Part shown: positions 54,462 through 64,000 of the stretch, piece after piece
How the letters are laid out: the number at the start of each line of letters is the position of its first letter
How positions within the stretch are numbered: position 1 is the stretch's first letter
NCBI GenBank assembly: GCA_026770705.1
Contig: JANJGN010000034.1
Coordinates: forward strand, 5,456,001-5,520,000
DNA length: 64,000 bases
Reading direction: 5' to 3'
Source: Isurus oxyrinchus
Taxonomy: Eukaryota
Notes under the pieces: model-generated
The model's input: only the letters and a program-made list of their open reading frames with translations
What the model was told of the DNA's origin: nothing
Databases searched by the model: none
Translations under genes and position numbers: made by a program

Positions 54462-55839
54462 TTCTCTCCGAGAACAAGCATTCAACAAGTTGCCTCGCAT
54501 TCACGAGCAACTCAAGCTGTTTCAGAGGAGGGAAATCAGGTGATGCAGTGTTGGACGTTACGTATGCGGCTTGCTGTGAAACATTGAGTTTCTTTTGAGT
54601 TTCTAATATTACACTTGCCCTATTTACATGACTGCCGGCGCACACAAGAGCGTAAACGTTTTCAGGACGACTATGCTGGCATTTTTTTTGGAAATTGTTG
54701 GCATTCAAATTTGTCGTTTAATCGCTGAACCACTTCTTCACATGGAATAGAAAATAAAGCTACAATTTATAGCGAAAATCCTGACAGATGTAAATCGTGC
54801 AGTTTACTTGTCATAAATTCCAAATAAACTTTCAACACTTTTTAGTTAAATAGCATGCAATCTAAATAATAATGATGATGATAAGATTAATAATGCAACG
54901 ATAAATATATAATAATAATATAATCTTGATAATATAATAATAATATTAATACTAAGAGCTGCCTTTACGGAGTTTCTTTTTTTCTGGGTCAAAGAACGTT
55001 CCCTAAATGCATTGAAGATGCTCAATTATTTTCGAAGCGCAGCCGAATATTCCAATGTTGCAAACACGGCACTGAACCTACAAACAATTTTGCCTCAGAA
55101 CGAGAAATTTAGTAATAACCAGGTAATCTCCTGCAGTGTTGTGAATGAGGAATAAATAAGCCAGGGCATCGAGAATGCCTGGCCTTATTATTAATATTTT
55201 TAAGGAAATCCTTAGGTACACTTGAGATCTCAGAAAGATAATCTGCTTCAGTTTTGGTGTTGTTGAATAAGAGCGTAATATCTGTGAGCACCAATGAGCC
55301 AAGCTCCACTTTCAATAAATTAGCACTGGTTGCTTGTGGCTTTAATTTCACGTTCCTGTCAGTCTCACACAAACATTGGCTCCCCAGCAGCTCATTTTTT
55401 CCCTCTATATTAGCTTTTGACTATATTTAATCACTCAGTCAGCATTACACTCTGGAGTAGAATTGTTTAATGAACAACTACTTCTTGGGAATGGATTTAC
55501 AACTCATTAGCGACTGATATGGGAAACACCTTATTTAAAAGGGTTTCCCTCTTTGGGAAATGCTGCATTCCACTTTTCAGGAAGTATCAGCAAACATTTA
55601 TAAAAATCTGATTCTCCCGAGGAAAGTCTAACACAGGCCAGATTGCCAATCAGCTACTACTTCCCATGCCATGGCGCAGCTCCGTATTTCTGGTCTGAAT
55701 TTGAAAAGGCACCATGTAAAAGATTGTTGTCCGAAGATAAGACATTGTGGTGTTGTGGTTAGCGTATTAAGAAGCATAGAGAATTGAGTTTAAGAAAAAA
55801 AAAACAGGAAACAGCATCACGTCGAAACGAGAAAATTTT

Positions 55840-56900
55840 CAAATGGTGCACTCTTTTTAGTGGTTTGCCGCAGGAATCAAGTGCTAGGGCCTCAGCTATT
55901 TACAATTTATTTCCAAGACATGGATGACGGCACAGAGTACGTTGTTGCCAAATTTCTTGGTGGTACAGTGATGCATGCGAAATCAAGATTTGCAGAGAAT
56001 GCAGACAGCCTTCAACGGACATAAAAAGTTTAAGAGTGTTGATACAATTGAGCCGATGAATTTATCTGTGGCAAAAATTGTGGTTTGCAATTAGGCAGTG
56101 ATAATAGGAATGCGAACATTATATGCCTATAGTGAAAACTGCAGACTCCTGTGGTACAGAGGAAATAGTGTTCCTTTGTACATGAATTACATTTTAGCAT
56201 GGAGTGACAGCAAGTAACTAGGAGGACAAGTTGAATTTTATTCTTTAGTGCAAGGGAAATTGAATATTATCGTAGGTTTCTTACTCCTAATGTGCAGGGT
56301 ATTGATGAGACTGGACATTTTGTAAAGTGCCCTGTTTAAATCGCCATACTTAGATAATGATGTGCTCACCTTGAAAGCAAATCATAGGGTGTTCACTTGT
56401 TACATTGCTGTGGTTAAAGGGTTCCTTCATGAGAACAGTTTGGAAATTACTCATTGGTGTTTAGAAGAAATGAGTGAAATTATTTAACCATCTGAGATTC
56501 TGGGAGTGAAGTGGAATGTGGTTAAGTGAGTTTGAAAGGATAATTGGTGAGATGAAGCTTCCTCTCTTGGGGAGTATGTCAAACTTGGGTGCCCAGTAAC
56601 TAAAATGAGTCTTCAATTTCTGAAGGAATGGAGGTGGAATTCCTTTTCTTGAAGAGTCATTAGATTTTTTTGTAATTCTCTTTAACAGGGAGCAGCCGAG
56701 GCTTAGCGATTGAATGTATCCAATTCTGTGTTGGACCATTTTCCACGATTGACAAGGGAGTCAACGTTATGTGGAGCCGGCAAGAAAGTGATATTCAGGC
56801 CACAATCGAAACCCATTACCTGATTTTCCGGTGGAACAGCCATTGAGGGGCTTATTTGTCTCTTTCTGCTCCTTTTTCTTACAGTTGTATGATCTTATGA
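55840..56900 (+). mobile_element. Degraded CR1 LINE 3' part
   Basis: gtgctagggcctcagctatttacaatt (VLGPQLFTI) and CR1-type 3' end ..tgtatgatcttatga. Confidence 0.75.
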
Positions 56901-57240
56901 CATTTGATCCGTATTCGGACACGAGTGCCAGCATACTTTCAGACGTTGAACTCTCAGGTTCCCTCAGATTATTTTATACTTGAATCAGAACACCTTTTAT
57001 TCTTCGTAATGTCTCTGTGTATGAATCCAACTTACTCAGATTTTCGTCATAACACAATCCCAAGAAACAACTGAGTGATGTTTCAATGAAGTGCTTTTGA
57101 TGCAAGGTATCCCTCCGGGAATTGGTAGGCTCATCCTGCAACAATATTATAAGTGTGCTATTGATATTTTCCTGTAACGGCACACCATGTAATACATCAT
57201 CCAAGTACATTTAACTCATCGGGTTGGTATTCATTTTTAG

Positions 57241-57264
57241 AAATAAAAGATTTGAAGGAAAAGG
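57241..57264 (+). CDS. Gene B micro-exon (24 nt), EIKDLKEK
   Basis: ttcatttttag|AAATAAAAGATTTGAAGGAAAAGG|gtgaga; matches the first 8 codons of the 36-nt exon class. Confidence 0.8.
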
Positions 57265-58079
57265 GTGAGACACAAAGGAAAAACAGAGAACTTAATTTAC
57301 AACTTGATTTTCTGAAATACATGCTTTGTATGCAACTTAGTTAATCAGTTTTGTCTGTTTGTTCAATTCAGTGAAATGCGTAAAGGAAACCTTTCTTTTG
57401 CACCGCCCCTAAAATGAGAGAGTGCTACATACAAACGATCAATCAGTCGTGAAAAAGATGACCATCTTTATTCTTTGCATCCTTGCTTTGTGTAATTACT
57501 GCCATCTCACAACAAACCTCATCGACCCATCACACCAAAACTTGCTGAGTGAATCAGACTGAAAGCAGCTTCACCTGGGACTGGATTTTTTAAAAATTCC
57601 ATTTTTCTTTTCAAATTCATCATGGGTTCTCCATTCATTAATTGAATAACTTCATCCTAGCCCACAACCATACGAGATATCTCCATGGATGGAGTGTTGC
57701 CCTCTTTAGAATGCCCGATTTTAATTGTTCTATAATTGCAGCCTTTGGCTGCCATGGGTCTATATTACCCACTAAAGGATTCCTTGATGTTTCCCACTCT
57801 TTTCTCAAAGAAAGGGGCTTCAAGACGTTTTTCACATAACTTGTTTTTTTTTGTTATTTCCTTCTTGTGTATTTTGAGGCTTGGTGAAAGAAGAATAATA
57901 ATTCAAAGCACTCTAATGAATTGCATTGGTGCATTTTCGTACTTTAAGTGTTGTAGATGCTCAATGTTTCTGTAGTTTTTGTTAATATTGTGAATTAATA
58001 TGAAATAGAGTAATGATATATTTTTGTACTATTAATTTTATAGGAAATATTCTCCTACTCACGTATGTTTATTTAATAG

Positions 58080-58106
58080 GTGCCCATGGGGCTGATTCGA
58101 CAAAAG
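58080..58106 (+). CDS. Gene B penultimate micro-exon (27 nt), GAHGADSTK
   Basis: gtttatttaatag|GTGCCCATGGGGCTGATTCGACAAAAG|gtaagg. Confidence 0.8.
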
Positions 58107-58252
58107 GTAAGGAAACTCACAATGCACAATTGGTATCCAAACTAAAGAAGAAGACCAAAGGAACATTATTTTTCTCCTGTTAAAATTGAAAACCTATGTC
58201 GCTGTCATGGCCTCCTCCAATACGATTTATTTGTTCCTTTGTCATTTTACAG

Positions 58253-58275
58253 GCAGGCAAACAATGCACAAGTAA
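58253..58275 (+). CDS. Gene B terminal coding exon, GRQTMHK*
   Basis: ctttgtcattttacag|GCAGGCAAACAATGCACAAGTAA; 23 coding nt like gene A terminal exon; ATTAAA at about 58488. Confidence 0.75.
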
Positions 58276-58909
58276 TTGATCTGCCAAGTTTTCCTTCAAA
58301 CTTTGCATAATCTATGGCAGGCATTCATCGAGTTCGCAGATCCATTTGGACGGGAACTGTTTTTGTTGTACTGCGCTCTGGATTCAGGTCCATGGGACTC
58401 AGAATCTGTCGACATAAGGCAGTCATCACCTACCATTTCATCTACATTGCTGTTATTTATACAAGCAGTTCTGAACTGGCAAATTCTATTAAATCAATAC
58501 AGAGGAAATTGAAGAGATCGTCGCTATTATGTATGAATTGCAGTAACTTCCCACAAGCAAATTTATGTCGAAAATTCTCATTGCCAATACTATTGGTATC
58601 GCCATTGACATTCCATTCAGCTCCCTACAAATGTTGTTGTTTTTTTTTCCTGTATCGTGGTTTTCGCCCACGCTAATATCCAATTTCACAATTAGTTGGT
58701 TTGTCAAGAATTCGTAATTCTGCTTCACAATGAAAAACATTGCCTTAACAGGACATTCTCTGAATTAAAGCCTTTACAATGAAACAAATGTGCATGGCTC
58801 TTTGCTAAGTGAAATTTTTAAATTATTTTACATCATTATTCAACAAAACAAATTACTGCGCCTGACATCTTCATCCATCATTTGTTTTTAAATGATGGTC
58901 TGTAACTAG

Positions 58910-60590
58910 GAGGAGAAGGAAACGGAGGCATTGTGTTCATGCCACTGGACTAGCAATGCAGCGACCCAGGCGAATGATCTGGGGGCATCATTTCAAATCC
59001 TCCACGGCAGCTATGGAATGAATATTCAACTAATTGCAAAGTTTTGGAAGTATGTTCTAGTCCAGATAATACTGATCATGAAACCATGAGCGATAATTGT
59101 AAATACCTATCTCTTTGACACATGACCTTTAGAGACAGAACTCTTTCGTCATAATGTAATGTGTCCCATGCTTTTCCCATGACCCACAAAGCTGTGGCTA
59201 ACCCTTAATGCCCTCTGAGATTGCCAATCTAGCCATCCAGTTTTATGAAACAGCCGTAAAGTGAAATTCTATATTGAGCCAGAAAGAATGACCGACATTG
59301 ACCAAATCACCGGTAACAAGGATGACAGACTCAGTTGTTCAACACTGAAAGTTCCTGCTGATGAGAAGCTGGGGTATTACGTCAAAGTTGAGATATATTT
59401 CCGACAGAGTAATCAGCAACAGCTTAGGTTATTGATACTCGATGCATTTGCCTTGAAGATAATGTCCCAGACACCATCATCATCCTCGGAATGGTAAGTC
59501 CACTGTCAGTGTTTACCTACCCAAGTTGACAGCACAATCCTAAACAAACGAGAAAGCAGTCATCAGGATTGAAGCCTCATTATATTAAACATGCACAAAC
59601 AAGTCTTATGCTGGTTGCTACCTACCACTGCAGTCAACTGATAAACCAAAGCTCCTCCTTGTTAAACACCAATGCAAGAATCACTGAGGAAATCGGATGG
59701 TGTGGTAAAACTGACATTGTTTTACTTTAAGCAAGTATTTGCTAACTGTCTGAACAAGGACCACCATGCAAACTTTCTACTGGTTGGGATCATGTTCGGA
59801 ACAAAAGAAGTTGATTGTGGTTGTTGGCAGTTAATCATCTCATGGCACAGAATATTGCTGTAGGATTTTCTCGGGTTGGAGTCGCAGGCTCAACCATTTT
59901 TAGTTGCTTCTTCAGCGACATTCTCTCAATCATAAAGCCAGAAGTATGGATGATAATTGCATAATATTTAATAATATTCTTTCAATAAAGGCTCAGTAGG
60001 TATTTGACCTGTAGGATGATGTGGTCAAGTATCAGTCTTGGGATAAAACGTAACCATCAAGATTTCGCCTCACAATTAACTGCCAGTGGCAAGGCCCAAA
60101 CAGATCACATAGCCATGTCCCTTTGACAGTTAATAGAATATACAGCGGCGAATCCCCCACTATCACCACCCTTGTTTTAACCATTGAACAGAAACTGATC
60201 TGAAACATATTTTCCATTACTGAGCCTATAAGGTCCGGTGGCAGGAAATGAAATCTGGGGCAATGAGCTCACTTGCTGAATCTCTAAATTGTTTCACCCT
60301 CTACAAGGCAGGGTACACAAGTACTATGATAAATTCTACACTTGCCTGGAAAAGTGTTGTTTCACTAATAACAAAAAAAAGACTTCAATGATATGTTAGC
60401 GTGCTTGATTGCCACAACTTTAACCTCGTTAAAAATTCTCTCCATCCACCACTGACCCATAGCAGCACCATTGTGTGCCACAAAAAGCCTATGCAGCAAG
60501 GCACCAAGACTCATTGTACAGCACCCTCTAATCCTGTGGAGTGCATAGTCTCGAAGGAAAAGTGCAGCATCAATTAAGGCAATCAAAACA
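58910..60590 (+). mobile_element. Second, older copy of the SINE-headed LINE (internally deleted)
   Basis: tRNA/Deu-like head (ggaggcattgtg..cactggactag..tttcaaatcc) running into ORF2 remnants colinear with 42850-45200. Confidence 0.6.
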
Positions 60591-60681
60591 TCTTAGGCGT
60601 TTGCAACTTCAGGTATATTTTATTTTTATCCATAGTGATTTTTCCGCTTGTTGTTGCTTTCACCTGGAGCTACCTTTTGCC

Positions 60682-60718
60682 ATGAAATTGCTGGAAAATT
60701 TAATGGGGAGAATGCAAG
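60682..60718 (+). CDS. Candidate start exon of a further gene (possibly third paralog), MKLLENLMGRMQ
   Basis: Acceptor tttttatccatag| ending 60635, gccATG context, phase-1 consensus donor CAAG|gtgagt. Confidence 0.4.
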
Positions 60719-62619
60719 GTGAGTTCTAATTTTGCATAAGATTACTTGAGTTTTTTGTACGTCTCCAGGCTTCATTCTGCATGGCAATACCAACTCCAAT
60801 TCACATATGATCCAGAATTGGAACTACATCGCCTCTGCTTAATTATTATTTGACAAATTCTTGGTTCTGCCTTTGTAATCGCTTTTCAGATATATCAACA
60901 GCGCATAAACCTCCATGTTTTTTTCAAAAAAAGAAATAAGCATTAGTGTCTGCCCCTCGTGAGAAATTATAGAATGAACACAAATTCTGACGTAGCCAGA
61001 TATGCCAACATCATGAGAAAGTATTATGAAAAAATCTCCATCCTCTATACACGAACAGGAAGTCAGTGCCCCTGACTTCACGTTTATGCACCTGGAAAGA
61101 GATGTTTGCTCACAATCTGCCAGTTGATATATAGGTGGTGCTGCTGATTTAATTAAAGTGCATCCATTTAATGCTCAATCCATTCCCCACCCCGCTCGCC
61201 TCTCCAATCACTGGCATACTTGCCGTCTCGCACGCCACACCACACGCCTATTAACAAGCCACCCACTCGCTGCCCTTCTGTCTACTTATCAAGCCGCCAC
61301 TCTGATCAGTGTATTCGCCAATTTGCATGCCACCCTTCCAGATGCCCATGTCACCGCATTGCTTGCAATCCACATCGCCACTTCTCTCGCAGTTTCACTC
61401 ACCAGCCTCCTTTGAATATGTGGCTGCTTTGCTAACTGTGGTCAGCGATGGACCAGACCGGCTACTGAGATTGAGGCAGTGTGGTATCAGGAGCGAGGTG
61501 ACGAGCGAAGCATGGGCCATGGCTGAGAGTAAATTGGAATTACGCTTCTTGGAGTTTAACTGGTCTTGTTGTGTTCTAATTCTATGAACACTTCAATCCT
61601 TAAACAAAATGTATTAATTGATGCTGCACTCGTCAAACTATCTTTGCTTTGCTTAATATTAGAATTGCCATATACTTTGTGCAAACAGCTACACGTGGCA
61701 GTGACACAAATTGCATGGTGACTGCATAGTGTTTGAATATGCATCCTGCTGTTCTGGTGGAAGGCAACAAAGCTATCAAATGGCAAGAAAACTCATCCCA
61801 GTTGATATTTCATTGCTTTGCTGCATTCCTTCCATAATCTTGTCATCGATATTATGATATGAAGTTCCCTCACTTCCAGTTCTCAAAAATTTAAGAAACA
61901 AAAAAAAATGACGTTTTGCAAAAGGTTTTACATCCTATCTTAATCAATATCGACTTTTTTCTTCCTTTTCTTGTACTTCCTCTGGCTTTGTTTGGCTTCA
62001 TGCAAAATGCAGTTAAACCTCCTGGAGAGAATGCACAGTAAATGCTTAATTTGCATTCGATGCACTTCCATGAGTTTGATCCATGCTTTATCCAACATTT
62101 GCTACAATTCAGAGGAACACCATGGAAGTTAGTGATAGTTAACTGACAAATTTACATTAGGTGTAGGGCCCTCTGGGTTATACTGAATTGTTTTTTTGTA
62201 TGGGGCCGGATTCATACTCTGTCGAAATCTAAGTGGGAAAAAATGGGCTGAGCATAGGGCCGGGAGTGCATGGAAAATATATTCCTCATTTTGTACGTGA
62301 AACTGAATGGGGAATAAGTCTAATACAATAATGGTTTCACTTTCCTCGCTTGATGGGGAACAAGCGATTGTTTGTCACCTGCTTTTGCAGTATTTATTAC
62401 GAAAGCTTTTGCATTTAGGGTGCGAAATTAAAATCATATTGAGTCAGTTCCTACAGTTGCGTTCGATGGACATAATCTCCATATTTCTGGCGATTATTTA
62501 TTGGCTGCCCACTGCCAAAATAGTGATGCAGATAGACTTTCTGTAGGATTATATTGAATTGCATTTTGTGTCCAGCGCTATCAACTACATTACTGGAAAT
62601 AAACAGCAATAAGCCGAAC

Positions 62620-64000
62620 AATGGGGATCTGCCTGAACAATCCCCATCCACCACTACTTTCCTCCGTCTGACTGAACTTGTTCTCACACTGAAAAAAATC
62701 TTCTTCAACTCCTCTCACTTCCTCCAAATGAAAGGTGTGGCTATGAGTACCCACAAGGGCCCCAGCTATGCCTGTCTCTTTATGGGGTATGTGGAACATT
62801 CCTTGTTCCAGTCCAACTCCGGCCACAAATCATTCTCCGGTAAATCGATGATTACTTTGATGCTGCTTCATGCTATGGTAGGGACTTGGCAAAACTTAAT
62901 AATTTTGCTTCCAATCTCCACCCCTCCATCATTTTCAGGTGGTCCACCTCTGACACTTCCCTTCCCTTCCTTGGCCTCTCTGTCTCAATCTCTGTCCACC
63001 ATATCCATTACAAGCCGACCAACTCCCAAAGCAACCTCGAATACATCTCCTCATACCCAGCTTCCTCTAAGAACTCCATCACATTCTCTAAGTTCCTTCG
63101 CCTCATTTGCATCTGTTCTGATGATGCTACCTTCAAAAACAGTTCCTCTGAAATGTCCTCCTTCTTGCTTCACCGAGGTTTTCCACCCACGTGTGATTGT
63201 CAGGGCCCTCAGCCATATCCGACCCATCTCCTGTGCATCCGCTCTCACGCTCCTCCCTCACAGAGAGATGATAGGGTCCCCCTTGACTTCACTTATCACC
63301 CCACCAGCCTCCGCATTCAAAGGATTATCCTCTCCCATTTCCGCCAACTCCAGCATGATGCCACCACCTAACGCATCTTCCCTTTAAATCCCCGGCTGCA
63401 ATCTGCAAGGATCGTTCCCTCTGGGACACCCTGAACCACTCCTCCATTACCCCCTACTTCTCAAGCCCTACGTATGGCACCTCCCCATGCCCACACAAAA
63501 GATGTAATAACAGCCCCTTCAATTTCTCTCCCCTCACCGTCCAAGGGCCCAAACATTCCTTTCAAGAGAGGCCGCATTTCATTGGATTTTCCCCCAACTT
63601 TGTCTAATGCATTCCTTGCTCCCAATGAGGTCTCCTCTACATTGAAGAGACCAAACATAAACTGGGTCACCGCTTTTCAGAACACCTGCCATCTATCCAC
63701 AAGAATGACCCAAACCACCCAGTTGCTTGCCATTTTAACACTCTACACTGCTCTCTTGCCCACATGCCTGTCCTAGGCTTTCTGCATTCTTCAAATGAAG
63801 CCCAATGCGAACTGGAGGAACAGCACCTCATCTTCCGACTAGACACTTTACAGCCTTCTTGACTGAATACTGAGTTCAACATCTTCAGATCTTGAACTCC
63901 TTCCTCCATCCCCACCCCTTTCTGTTTCTTCCTCCTTCCTTTTGTTTTTTTTTTCCAATAATTTATATAGATTTTTTTCCCAACACTTTTCCATTATTTT
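62620..64000 (+). mobile_element. Penelope-like retroelement, frameshifted, 5'-truncated (RT plus GIY-YIG endonuclease)
   Basis: QMKGVAMSTHKGPSYACLFMG, R*IDD, LPFLGLSVSI, YKPT..SSYP; GIY-YIG remnant LLYIEETKHKLGHRFSEH near 63631-63685. Confidence 0.9.

Noticed and set aside
630-62546. The many 60-167 aa ORFs in the supplied track as host genes
   Set aside because: No recognisable domains, random composition and many non-ATG starts; those with motifs are retroelement fragments.
1-64000. Naming the micro-exon genes as butyrophilin/BG, tetherin, triadin or PRKG1; also prokaryotic systems such as CRISPR or operons
   Set aside because: No Ig, B30.2, GPI-signal or kinase exons are seen and similarity is only architectural; the DNA is intron- and retroelement-rich eukaryotic sequence with no spaced repeat array.

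Overview
AT-rich vertebrate genomic DNA. The repeat content (CR1 LINEs, Deu-type tRNA SINEs, RTE remnants, Penelope-like elements) suggests a cartilaginous fish (shark); this is an inference. Almost all ORFs in the supplied track are noise or retroelement debris. The real coding signal is invisible to that track: 19 tiny phase-1 exons (23-36 nt) on the + strand with AG/GT boundaries. They splice into two tandem paralogous genes encoding charged leucine-zipper/coiled-coil proteins. Gene A is 5'-partial (1191-12390): xTQRLLQKT-METLFEKEK-DLKKCEREREAN-EAALDKCEK-ELKALKTKLKDA-EKRRDDAQA-EVLGKCKPD-DCWKYHG*. Gene B (13819-58275): xQRLIDQLA-DNRRLRDELRDK-DDKLKAKDE-EIKQLKQQLDEC-ERNLKNKQT-GLQDLLEKT-MKNLFEKEK-DVDVYSAKCL-EIKDLKEK-GAHGADSTK-GRQTMHK*. 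Alternating 27- and 36-nt exons sum to exactly three heptads. I do not recognise the family. Candidate start exons, a possible transmembrane first exon and a possible third copy are less certain. All exon models were read by eye and need transcript support. Repeat boundaries are approximate.
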